A DNA stretch of 64,000 nucleotides. It comes from Camelus ferus. Taxonomy: Eukaryota. Below the pieces are notes generated by a model. It saw nothing but the letters and a program-made list of their open reading frames with translations. It had not been told where the DNA came from and made no database searches. Each line of letters starts with the position of its first letter. The first letter of the stretch is position 1. The stretch spans positions 73,408,001-73,472,000 of the forward strand of contig NC_045701.1 of NCBI RefSeq assembly GCF_009834535.1, in the 5' to 3' direction. The translations under genes and the position numbers were made by a program. Below, one piece after another: positions 14,390 through 25,536 of this stretch.

Positions 14390-14900
14390 ATATTCATCCA
14401 GTATTTATTGAGTACCGTATTTCTAAGTGCTGACAATGTAGCGCTGAATAAGACAGCTGATATTTTAGAGAAGGGAGACAGGCAATTAGCAAGTCAACAA
14501 ATAAATAGCATAATTTTTCCCAGGGCAGTGTGTCGTGAAGAAAGTAAGACTCAGCAACGACCTTCCCTGTGACTGGGGGGTAAGGAGGCTGATCAGGAGG
14601 ACCCCCAGCAGGGGCCACTCATCTGAGACCTGGATGGAGAGCAGGAGGCCACCTTGGTGGGGGCTAGGGAGAAGAGACTCAGGCAGAGGGTCTTTTCAGT
14701 GTGAATGTGGGGACACACTAGTTGTGTTTTCAGGATAGAGAGAAAGCCTGTGTGGCTGCAGAGTGAACCGGTGAGGGAGAGGGACTTGGGCCAGGCAGGG
14801 GCCTTGCAGGTCAAGGCAAGGTGTTTGGATCTTATTCTAAGAGGGACAGGAAGCTTTGGGGATGTTTAAGCATGCGAGTGATGTGATTCAATTTACATAT
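14390..14900 (-). mobile_element. L2 LINE fragment
   Basis: ATTCATCCAGTATTTATTGAGTACC...GAATAAGACAG, later CCTTGCAGGTCAAGGCAAGGTGTTTGGATCTTATTCTAAG. Confidence 0.8.
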
Positions 14901-15429
14901 TCCAGTGAGGTTGAGTAGTTTGTTCAAAGTGAGACAGGTAGGGAGGGGGTTAAGTTGCTCCCCTGGAACTCAGACCCAGGCTGCTCTGCCTTTCACCCCT
15001 TCCCCAGCCTGCTGTGCTGTTCTCCTTGCTCCTTGGTGTGAAGGGGCAGAAAAGAAGGGCTGTAGGCAATGGTAAGGGAGGAAAACCAGACTGTTCATGT
15101 TAAATCCAAAGATTCTGTTAGTTAAGAAAAATTAAACAGGGCTGTTTTTAGTGCCAACCCTTGGGAATCCGGGGTAAGCCTGCCTTTGAGTGGTGAGTCC
15201 CTGTGTCCCTTGCTCCTGTGACCAGATTACTGAGGGGAGGGTCCTGTCTAAACATTCCACTGAGAAGAGCAAACCTTCACTTTGGGGTTCTTCAGGGCCA
15301 GGCAGGGGTGAGTTGGGCTGGGTTTGCTGAATCTTTGCTGCTGAATTTTCTCTTCCTTCTTGCTCATAACTGACTGTCTGGCCACTCCTGTACTCGCTAG
15401 AGCATACTAAGTACAGAGAACAGCAAGCT

Positions 15430-16260
15430 TTGGAAAGTTAAGGAGCAAGCTGTGCATTAAACTGTTTACCCTGCCCTGCTAAATCAAGAACCCTACACAG
15501 CATGGGTGGGGGGCGGGCGGTGAAAAGAGAAAGAGCAGAAATACGCCTTAAGAAGTTTTTGTTTTGTTTTGTTTTGTTTCCAGGCTCCCCTCCCTTCCCT
15601 TCCCGACCCCTCCCCTCCCTCCTCCCACCCCACCTCCAGCCCATCTGTGAAGCCTGATTCTTACACAGGCTCTCTGTCTGCAGCCGCCCCAGCCTTAATC
15701 CCGTTCTCCGTATTGTGTATCGCTCCCGAATCTATCTTCTTATGTCAGCTGTTTACCAGTTCCCTTCCGCTGTCTGCTCTTTATCGTATTATTGATCAGT
15801 CAATCCTGGGCATCTCAGGTTGGGAACACGAGGGAGGGGGGCTGGAAGAGGAAGGCAGCAGTGGAGAGGAGCTGTGGACCATCAGTTAAGATAGTTCCCA
15901 AAATAGCTCAGCCAGGCTGATGATAGCTCTGTTCACAGCCGCCCGTATGGGATTTACTCACTTCGCTAAGATTCTCCGCTGAAAAGTATTCCACCAGCTG
16001 CTGCTGCAGTTGGTGGTGGCTGGTGGTGGCAGCAGTGGGCTGGCCACGCCTTTGTAGAAGGAGGAAGCAATAGGTTTGGGGCACACGACAGGCCCCCACA
16101 CAGGGAGATGGGATTTGTCATAGCCCATTAGATGCTCCCGAGGCGTGAGGAGTCGTCCGTGTTCTTTTTAAACTACGATCTCGGCACTTGGCATCCAGTT
16201 TTTTTCCCCCCAATCTTTCCTAATGAGATGGAGAGAAGAGTTATCAAAAATGGCTGTATT
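15430..16260. promoter_or_regulatory. CpG-enriched promoter-like element (weak CpG island)
   Basis: Repeat-free with clearly more CpGs than the background; GC box GGGGCGGGCGG near 15510; two forkhead TGTTTAC sites (about 15463 and 15750); TGGGAA/TTCCCA RBPJ-type cores; C-run cluster 15587-15631. Confidence 0.6.
15962..16128 (-). other. Candidate minus-strand exon (first exon from about 16140, or 88-nt internal exon 15962-16049)
   Basis: Donor GAA|GTGAGT (intron starts 15961); acceptor TTGCTTCCTCCTTCTACAAAG|G (exon starts 16049); ATG at 16128 is open for 55 codons to the donor. Confidence 0.4.
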
Positions 16261-17119
16261 CCCCCCCCCCCCCACTGTATGTCTGTCTGTTATTTCGTTG
16301 TTTTTGCTGCAGTTTACTGCATACATAGACTTTTTTCTCTACTGCACCTTCTGTTGGGGGATTCAGCTACACAGAGCTCTCAACCGTATAATGCTTTGGT
16401 CTTAGCCAGGACCCTCACTTACTGAGACCCTCTGCAAAGTTACTGGATCTCATAATGTAGCAGAAATAAGTGCAGCTCTTGTCCAGGGCGCTGCTCCCTC
16501 AAATGTGCTAACTAAGCCTGTGTCCCGGTAGAAAAGGCCGTGTTACTCACTTTGATCTGATCTAGCAATGTGACCCCTCCTCAGAGTGAAATGTTCTTGC
16601 CCAGGCTCTCGGAATTTCATAATCAAGTCTTCCTCCAGCTGCCACACTTCAAACTCCAGTTTTGGTTTTTTTTTTTTTTTTTTTTTTTTTTGCATCCAAG
16701 TTCTTCCCTGAAGCACCGTGGTGGTGCCCCTATAATTGGCCTCACTTGCAGTCTTGCTTTGACACACAGCACACAGTAAATCAGTGTTTAAGATCTCTTG
16801 TAAACTTGGCTTCATCTAAAACCGCTAAGTGTTGAAACTATATACACTGGAAAAAGTGAAGATTTTTGTGTTTTCCAGTCAAGGGAGCCTTAGGGCACAG
16901 GCAAGTCACAAAACAAAAGGGGAAAAAGGAAAGAGAATGCTACTTTTTCTATTATCTGTCATGGTGGGGTGGGGACGGGAAAGAAAAACTACTTTCTCCT
17001 CACAGATTCCAGCTGCTGCCCTGAATATAAATATTGTTGTTCAAAAAGGCTTTTGCCCACTTCTTGGTAGGCTATTCAGCGAGGTATACGGTTGGGAGGG
17101 CAATTGTATTGCCTACACG

Positions 17120-17270
17120 AGGGGCTGGTTAAAATGTGTTTCCTCCCCTCCAGGCGGCGGAGTCTGGTTCACTAGGTCAAGTGGGGAGCGAGGATCTACA
17201 TTTTATTAAGCGTGCTCAGTAACTCTGGTGTAGGTTAGCTGGTGACCCCAACTCGAGAAACCCTAGTCTA
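17120..17270 (+). mobile_element. MER5-like hAT MITE remnant
   Basis: Degenerate match: GGGCTGGTTAAAATG...CTACATTTTATTAAGCGTGCTCAGTAACTCTGGTG...GAGAAACCCT. Confidence 0.45.
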
Positions 17271-17749
17271 AATTTCAGTAGAATTTTTTTTTTTTTTTTC
17301 TCCACCACTGCGGGCTGTAATTTGGAGTCCTGGAGAAGAGAGGAAATCGAGAGAAAATGAAACGGCATTGCCTGTGTTTTCCCTGATAGCTCAGAGGGGT
17401 CCAGTATTAGTCTGTTTCATGACACGTGTTTCAGTTTGTTGCACAATTACTGCCTTTTTAAGTATAATCCACGTTGAGGTGTGAATGGGACAGTTTCCAT
17501 GAGTGGAAAGGCTTTCAGCATTGGCGAGAGGCAGGGAGAAAGTAGACGGTGATGGGGAAGATTTGGGCTGAAGTCCTGCCGTGTGTCAGGCAGCCATTTC
17601 CTTGTTGCTGCCCAGTAGGAGCCACACTTGCTCCCTTTGTGCAGCAGGTTGTATTGGACCTCGGAGTGCCGTGAGCTGTAGTCCCCTGCTCCCTTCCCTG
17701 AAGTCTGTCTGGATTCTGTGAAGTCCGGGGTCAGATTCACTTAGCCTAC

Positions 17750-17766
17750 AGCGCCACCTACTGTCC
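17750..17766 (-). promoter_or_regulatory. Candidate CTCF site
   Basis: Minus strand GGACAGTAGGTGGCGCT; core ACAGTAGGTGGCGC matches CCASYAGRKGGCRS at 13/14. Confidence 0.55.
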
Positions 17767-19244
17767 ACCTCCATCCGGGACTAAGAAACTGTTTTCTTTC
17801 TGGTGTCAATGAGGCGGGAGAGGCTGTACCATGAATACAAAGGGAGATTTTGAATGCACCTCCCTGGGCCCCTATATAGGATGCCTGATTTGCAACGGTG
17901 TATTCTGAATTATAGCATTTCTATCCTTATTTCTAAGGTCTCCCTTTATTTCAGTCCAGAAGCAAATTTTGGGTTAGGAATAGCAGCCGAGTTTTGATTA
18001 AAAAGAAAGCAAACCTCTTTCTACCTCATGTCTAAGGCCCTCCTTGTAGGCTTTCACATTTTCATTGATTTGGGGACTTACTGTTAGCTCCAGCTGTGAA
18101 TAACGGTCACGCTGGGCCTTCTGAGTGCCCCTGGTAGTTGTCAAACTAATCTATGGGAGGAAATCTGAAAATGCTTTGCCCCAGTCCTTTGTTTCTTTAC
18201 TTTGGTGGGTGTTTTTTTTTTTTGTTTTTTTGTTTTTTTTCCCTCCTTGAGATTGTTTCCTACTTAAGTTGGGCAGGGAGTGCTTTCATATAGCACCCTT
18301 GTCTGATTCTGCTGTAAAGAGCAAGTGTCCTTTGAGAAGTTCCTGCTGGTGGCTGTTGGCCCCTTGCTCCTGTCCCTGACATGTCTAGGGCTGGAGCTGG
18401 GAGTCATTCCTTACATTTCCCTGGCCTCATGCTTTGTCTCTTCTCTTCCGTGAGTTTGTCCTTCACTTTGTCTTGTACTGAAGTCCATCCATTACGTGAG
18501 CTTCCATCTTTAGCAAAGACCCACCTTTGCATGTTGTTATGTCCCAGCACAGTAATCTAGAAAACAGATATTTGCATAGATATAAACTCTTATTTTTATG
18601 ATGTTGACACTTAGGTTAGGCAGCATCTTTTCAGGTTGCTTCTTGGACTCTAAGGCAGAATATCTGCATTAGAAGCCCAGGAAAGGCTAAAGAGAGTTCT
18701 CACTGAGTGATATTAGATATAGAATAACGTTAGGTATAGATTAGAAATTAGTGATACAGGTTAGGTATCTGATGCTTAGTATCAGATACAGAGTGGCTGC
18801 CAAGGAGAGTGCAGTGGGACGAGCACAGCCCCGTTCTCTTTCCCCCCTAAGCCTCTACTGTCTAGGATAATAATTCTGATAGCCAAGAATGAGGTCTTTA
18901 ACTCTCACCTTTGTTCCTCTAGCAGATTTTCTTCCATTAAAAAAAGTCATTAAAGTTATCTTTCTATTTTAGAAGTTCTTCATAAAGGCTATCTTAAACC
19001 ATGCTGTGATTTTAGATCATAATAAGGTTTATTAAAAGAATTTTTATAGGCTAACAGCCTCACTTGAAAATATCACTTCGTTCTTGTAACGTGAATTCTT
19101 TTAGACCTCTTTATTGTCCAGGAGAATGTGAATGCATTGATATTCCTGATAACTGTTTATAATATGGAGTTGATTTCATACGTATTAAAGCATGTATTAA
19201 ACACGTGTTTTATGTATATGGTATTATAATAATAGCTTTACATA

Positions 19245-19480
19245 TAGCTATTATTTACATAGCATTTGTTCTGTCCACCAGGCCTTTGGCAAACAGTGCT
19301 GCATACACTATTTTATTTACTTCTCAAAATAACGGTAAAAGGTCCATATTGTTCTTTCCATTTTACAGATGAGGACATTGAGACATATAAAGATTGATTT
19401 GGCGAATGGCACACACTTAGTAAATGACAGAAAATGAACTTGAATCTAGGATCTGCCTCCTTTGAAAGCTCACATGCTTC
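19245..19480 (-). mobile_element. MIR SINE, near full length
   Basis: CCATTTTACAGATGAGGACATTGAG core plus both flanking MIR segments. Confidence 0.85.
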
Positions 19481-20147
19481 AACTTGTGGCTCCGATCCAC
19501 TCAGGGCTAAGTCGCTCTTGAATTCACACTTTTATCCCTGCACATTGATTCTTTCTTCCTGAGAAGTTTCTGCAGCTAAGTAGCTCTGTCCAAAGATTTC
19601 AGCCTTGATTTAGTGCCTTCTATTCATTCTTTGTTTGGGAAGTTTCGATGGCTGTAGCTGCCAAAGTGAGCAGGATGGAGGAGTCACTGTTGAGGGAAGG
19701 GGGTGCTTCCCTGCTCTACAACCCCCTTCATGGTTCCAGCTGTGGGCCACTTGCTCTGGGCAGCGCAAGTTATTTGCCTTTCTCTGCGGGAAAGGGGAAT
19801 GTCCACTCCTTGTGTGTGTTACTGTCCACCCCTCCTGTGCAGCCATAACTTAAGTCAGTAAGACCTCACTCTCTGGGGCTGGGGGTCTCCAACGTCACGG
19901 GGAAGTCTGCCTTCCCTACTTCCTCAGCACAGCCCTGGGGCAGTGCTTCTTGTATTTAAGGTCCTGGAAACCTCAGAGGTCGTTACCTCTAGAGAATGAA
20001 TTGGTCTGTGCATTGCTCTCCTCTTTCTAGAAAGAGTTACCACTGCTCCCAAAGCTTTAGCCTGACACTTGGAATAGAGGAACTGTTTCTGGAAAACATT
20101 CTCTAACCCCGATGTTCCCAGACCTGATTCATCCTGAAAAACACCTG

Positions 20148-20265
20148 GAGCGTTTTGGGGGGGAGAAAAAAGATTCTTGGGTTCCAGAAATGTTACTTTT
20201 TATCATGAAGCGTTTTAGGGGGAAGAAAAAAGATTCTCAGGCTCCAGAAGTGTTATTTTTCATCA
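20148..20265. repeat. Diverged 60-bp tandem duplication (2 copies)
   Basis: AGCGTTTTGGGGGGAGAAAAAAGATTCTTGGGTTCCAGAAATGTTA recurs 60 nt later as AGCGTTTTAGGGGGAAGAAAAAAGATTCTCAGGCTCCAGAAGTGTTA. Confidence 0.9.
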
Positions 20266-21764
20266 GTGCCTCACCTCCAGGAGGATTTGACAGTCAATCG
20301 ATGTGAGGATCACACTCTCATTAAATTCCAGTAGTTTTTACAGGAGGAGAGTAAAGGCAGACTTTGTCTTTCTTGGCTGGAGGGTTAAGGTTTAAATCCT
20401 CCCTCTGCTTTTGGGACCTTCCTACCTACATTCCAGTTCTGGGGACAGCCCCTTTTCAGTGGGTGCTTCCATTAATCTTCGGTGGAGAGTCTGGCCAAGT
20501 GTGGTCCATGGACAGGCTGCCGGATCCACACTGGAAGAGGCCACAGAGGGGCAGCTGCTGGAAGGGAAGAGAGGGTGGTTTACCCAAAAGATATGAGGCT
20601 CGTGAGCATACTGCGCCCCATACGCTCCACCAGCTCTGTTCTTCCAGTGGCTGTTTGAGGAGCCCCGTGTGTGTGTCAGGGGAGCAGTGGGTGCCGGAGG
20701 TTCCATGGCGAGCAGACATCGTCCCTTCTTTCCCGTAGCTTACTAGTTAATGCAGAGGCAGACACTAAACACATTAACATACTGGTGCAAAGTTAAGAAC
20801 TTAACTTCATAAGTGCCACAAAGGGGAGTTTCCATGTGCAACGGTGTATGGAGGAAGACCTGTCCTATTCTTGGGTGGCTGTGGTGTGTCAGGGAAGGTT
20901 TTCCTGAGCAAGTGACACAAGCATCTTCTCTGCAGGCTGAGCACATTGTCTCACCACCCTCGTGCTCACCGCCCTCCCTGCCCACCTCCCCCCCACCCCT
21001 TTAACCTGTCCGAGGCAGGCTGACCAGCCCTGTCACTCTAGCCACTGATTTGCCTAGGATCGCGTGTCTTATGATATTGGAGGGTTCTGCAGGAATAAAA
21101 AGAGACCACCACATCTGCATGCACAGACACCACTCGGCTAAGCTCCTGCTTCTCTCTGAGACGTGTAAAGCATCTCTAAGTGTTTTTATGCATCAGTGCT
21201 CCAGTAAGGAAAACTTGTAGAAAGACTAATTGTTTTTATGGTTCCTTTATAGAACATGAACACATTTGAGATTTTGTTTCTTATTCTGGAACATTAATGC
21301 AAGACTTGGGAATATCAGCTTTGCAGATTTGTTTTTCTATTCTCAGAGTAGGTTTAAAGCAGCTACAGGGCAACTTGCCTACCTGCATGCCTTCTTCAGT
21401 GACAGTTGTTTTAAAAATACGTATCTTTCTTCTGGGAGAGCTATTGAGTAGAGAGAAGTAAGTGGGAATGGACACCAAGAGATTACATGGAGGTAGTTTT
21501 ATGAATCATCACTGTCATTGCCATTGTCGAATACACATTTATTAAATGCCCAATCCTGTTTAGTGTTGCTGCTATAAAGAGAATTAGAAAGTCATAGCCT
21601 TTGTCCGGGAAAATTTTGATCTATGAAACAGCCTTGATTTATAAACATTTGAAAAGGGCATAAAGGTAACAAGAACCAAAACAAGATGTTGCAAAAGATT
21701 GGTTCAATGTATAAATCGACTTAAGGTGTAAGTTGAAGGTCAGAACACGTCTGTGTTCTGGGTT

Positions 21765-22140
21765 GCCGTTAGTCAGGATAGGTTTGGTTGTGCTTTGGTG
21801 ACGAACTCCATGCCTCAGTAGCTTAACCCATGGAGTTTATTTCTCACTCCAGACCTCATATCCATCACAGAGTGACAGAGGGCTCTGCTTTGCATCATCA
21901 TTATTTGGGGAGCTAGGTGGATGGACCCTTCATCACCTGAAATGTTGCCAGTCAGCCTGGAAGATGGAAGGAAATAAAAGGAATCTTGACTAGCCTTGAA
22001 ATGTTTCTGCGTGGAAGTGAATTCCACTAGCCTTCCGCTAGCCCAGACAGGTCACGTGGGGATGCTTAAGTCCAAGGAGCAAGGAGGTGCAGTCCCGCCG
22101 TGTGCCCTAAAAGAGGAAAACCAGAATATTGGTGAAACAG
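21765..22140 (-). mobile_element. MaLR solo LTR, MLT1K/L-like
   Basis: TTAGTCAGGATAGG...TTTATTTCTC...GGTCACGTGG...AAGGAGCAAGGAGGTGCAGTCC...CCAGAATATTGGTGAA. Confidence 0.7.
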
Positions 22141-22212
22141 TGAGAAAACTCGGTCAGATTTAATAATTATTCTAGCCACAGTGATCGATTGGTCAATCTA
22201 TCAATCAAATGA

Positions 22213-22440
22213 TAATAACACTGCTGTTTATCAGTAATGGAACACCTAGTAGGTACCAAATTCTTTGTGAACAATTCACATACATTATCACATTGAGTTC
22301 TTTACCGACCTCTCTGGTGGGTTGTACTATTATCTCTGTTTTCCACATGATAAAATTAAAACTGGGAGTCTTTAAGTAACTTGCCCAAGGTTACACAACG
22401 GGTATGCAGCAGAGCTGTGATTCACACCCATGTCCTCCTA
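22213..22440 (-). mobile_element. MIR SINE
   Basis: AAGTAACTTGCCCAAGGTTACACAAC...GCAGAGCTGTGATTCACACCCA. Confidence 0.85.
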
Positions 22441-23224
22441 ATGGAAGAGTCTGAGCACCTCTCCAAGATTCCTGTCTTGTCACTGGAGTCTAGTGACTTA
22501 CTTTGCATAGAGCTGGAAATAACAGAGTGAAGTGATTTCTGTCCTGGTCACTTAGAATCTCTCAAATGTGTCTCTGCTTTGCTGAAAACCATCTCTGGCT
22601 TTGTTGGTCTTTGGAACCAAGTGGATTGTTTTTCCTTTTGTAGACTTTTCTCGGCTGTTTTTTTTCTTAGCGTTTTGTTTTTGCGGTTGGTAAGGTAACT
22701 TTTTTTTTCTTTTACACGAGTTTCTAGAGCTCCTTGAGAGTGGACCTCACGGGCACTTTCATGTGCGCCCGGCACCATCTGGGAGGACTGGGGCTTAGAT
22801 CACCTTGTGACCACGCTCATTAAAACACTGTTAGGAAAGGCTTGTAGTTAAAGAATTCTTGGAAAACTTTGTCACTCTTTTCAAATTCACTTCTAAATGT
22901 GTTTCACCAAATCATGTTTTAAAAATTCTATTTCTGTTTTCTCTATTTGTAAATTAAGCTGCTCCCTTTCGTTTTAGAACATTTTATTAGTTTATTCTTT
23001 TCTTTTCCAACATATCTCCAGTGTCTAGAAAAATGCCTAGCACGTATTACTTGTACAAATATATCTTAAAAATGAAAGAATAAATCAGTGAACTGGTAGA
23101 TTTCATGTTCAGAGTTCGGTTCTTCAGCTCCTCTGCCCTGATTATCTCTCTCACCAGTGTTTTGACAGATGGTGCTGTGTTAGCCACTCTGCCTCTGAGT
23201 TACTCCTTTGCATACCAGCTATAA

Positions 23225-23375
23225 GATTTCAATGGATTTGGTAACCTGTTTTCTCACCTGTAAGATGGGATCATGTAGGCCCTGCCTCTTGAAGGGTTTA
23301 TAAGGGAGTATTACATAATTTCATGCTGCAAAGTACTTGGAATATTGCCTGACACAAAGCATGTACAACAGTAGT
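23225..23375 (+). mobile_element. MIR SINE
   Basis: TTTTCTCACCTGTAAGATGGGATC...AAAGTACTTGGAATATTGCCTGACACA. Confidence 0.75.
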
Positions 23376-24194
23376 CTCTTACCCTTTGTTTTAGGAGTCA
23401 AAATTTTCCTTCAGATTTCACTTTTCAGGTTCTTTCTTACACTGCCTTTACCTAAAATTTCATATCCTTCCTATACAAATTCATCCCAGGAGTTTAGTTG
23501 TAATATTGCCATAGAGTTAATTTATTTATTCCCTTTAATCCAATCATTTATAATCTGTTCAGGTTATTGCCCCAGAGAGGGATGTTTTTGTAAGTCCTCC
23601 ATTCTTTTCGGCTTAAATATTTGTTATTGAGATACAATGGGGCTTGATTGTTTTGGCGCCAGCCACAGCAACATCTTCATTCATTGATTTATTCCTTTAT
23701 TCATTCAGCAAATATTTATTGAGAAACAGAAAGATAATTATAGGGACTCTTAGAGCTGGAAAGAATGTCAAAATCTTTTAGACCAAATCTACCCTCGTTT
23801 CCATGCACTTAGTACTAAGCGTGTAAAAGGATCAGTGGGAGAGCCGGCTTCTTCAGCGTGTTGAAGCTGACTCACTGAGAACAGCAAGGGAAGGAACATT
23901 TCATTTATCTTCCACCTGTTCTTGGGCGATCTCATTTGCCTCAGGAAAGAAGCAAGGCGCTCCTGTGAAGTCATGAACGTTTTCTTTGTGCTAATGGAAA
24001 CATTTTGAATCAAATATAAAGAACACTGATTCCTATATAGTTTGAATAACCTGGATTTTGAGTCTGTTATGGCTGATCCCAAGTCTGCACTGACCTAGGG
24101 AGAGCCTGGAGTGCCGCGCTCTGAGAGCCTCAGCCTGGCAGCCTCATGTCAGGAAATGTGAATAGGGTTGCAGAAAGGATGCCAGAAGACCTGG

Positions 24195-24606
24195 TGTATC
24201 GGTTTCCTGTGGCTGCCATGCAAATTACCACAAACTGGTTGGCTTACAAAAATATATATATGTATCCACATCCCTATCCTTGTCCCTTCCAGTTTCTGGG
24301 AGCTGTCAGCATCCTATGGCTTGTGGCTGCATCACTCCAGTCTCTTCCTCCATCTTCACACGGCCTTCTCTGCTGTGTGTGTCTGCTACTGTTTGTGTCT
24401 AACTTATAAGGACACTTGGGATTCCATTTAGAGCCTGGCCAATCCCGGAGAGGCTCCTTCTCTTAAAATGCTTAACTAAACACATCTTTTGTCGTGTATA
24501 GTAATATTCACTCTTTTGCCATATACAGTAATAATCACAGGTTCAGGGGGTTAGAACATGGGCATATTTGGTGAGGGGGTGGCTGCCATTCCATCCGCAT
24601 TACCCA
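24195..24606 (-). mobile_element. MaLR solo LTR, MLT1B/C-like
   Basis: TGTATCGGTTTCCTGTGGCTGCC...AAATTACCACAAACTGG...CTTATAAGGACACTTG...CACAGGTTCAGGGGGTTAGAACATGGGCATAT. Confidence 0.9.
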
Positions 24607-24629
24607 TGTTCAAGTGCTTGCGTTTTGGC

Positions 24630-24805
24630 TAACTGTCCACAGCTGGGCAAGTTACCACATCTCTCTGAAAGCCGAATTTCTCACCTGTAAAATGAGAATA
24701 CTAGTGCCCAATTTACAGAGTTCTCATGAGGAGTAAAAGAGATAGAATATTTATGATGTTCCCTAACTCACTTCTTAGCATAATTAGTTGCCTAAGTGTC
24801 AGCTA
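24630..24805 (+). mobile_element. MIR SINE
   Basis: CTGGGCAAGTTACCACATCTCTCTG...TTTCTCACCTGTAAAATGAGAATA. Confidence 0.8.
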
Positions 24806-24922
24806 CTCAGAGGGTGAAAGAGATTTTAAACTACTTTACTTTAAAGAAAAAAGTAAGGCTGACTTATATTTGGTCAAGAATTTGTTAAAGTTTTATGATT
24901 TGGTTGAAAAAATATTATTGAG

Positions 24923-25008
24923 CAACCACAAAATGGTTTTATATTTAGTTCACCATTATGCATAGAACAGCCACAAAATGGTTTTATATTCAGATAACCA
25001 TTATATGC
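24923..25008. repeat. 45-bp tandem duplication (about 2 copies)
   Basis: CCACAAAATGGTTTTATATT...ACCATTAT occurs at 24926 and 24971. Confidence 0.9.
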
Positions 25009-25536
25009 TGGCCATGCCTCATTTAATAATAATTTCTTTCTGTCTGCTTTCTGCTGCTTCCTACCCACTAGCATGTTTTGTAACATATTACTATGTGATG
25101 TCAAATTCTTTAAATAATAATGAGTGATAGTTTAAGTAACAAATCAGTGATGTCTCAGTGTCTCAGGTCTGCAAAAAATAATCTGTTAAAAACAATCTAC
25201 TTTGGCTGAGTGAAATTATAGGGGCACTATAGAATTTATCATCTACCTTTTGTAGAATTCTTATTTGAGTTATGCACTTAACGATTCATATTCTAACCTC
25301 TTCCTCAATTGAACTGCAAGTTCTATATCTAGAAGTAAAAATTCTCATTAAAAATATGATGACAGGTATAATTTGCAAGTTTTGCGCTAATACACGGTGT
25401 TGGTTTTATTGCGGTGTTTGTGATTTGGAATAGCTCTGTCTATCTGAATTAGGAGACAACTGAAGAAATTTTGGCAACTTTCACAGATGGAAATGGCATA
25501 ATTAAGGTCAAGGCATTTTTCAAAATTTAATCTCTT

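Noticed and set aside
16829-17209. 126-aa ORF next to the promoter-like block
   Set aside because: TTG start, runs into a MER5-like remnant, no recognisable protein
17447-17774. Overlapping minus-strand ORFs (97 and 62 aa) near the CTCF motif
   Set aside because: No convincing acceptor/donor pair and no recognisable homology
25333-25506. Apparent two-exon unit with an 87-nt intron; the second 54-nt piece reads ETTEEILATFTDGNGIIK (EF-hand-like DGNG)
   Set aside because: The two pieces are frame-incompatible (joining gives a stop), the donor GTCAAG is weak, and the EF-hand loop pattern is incomplete
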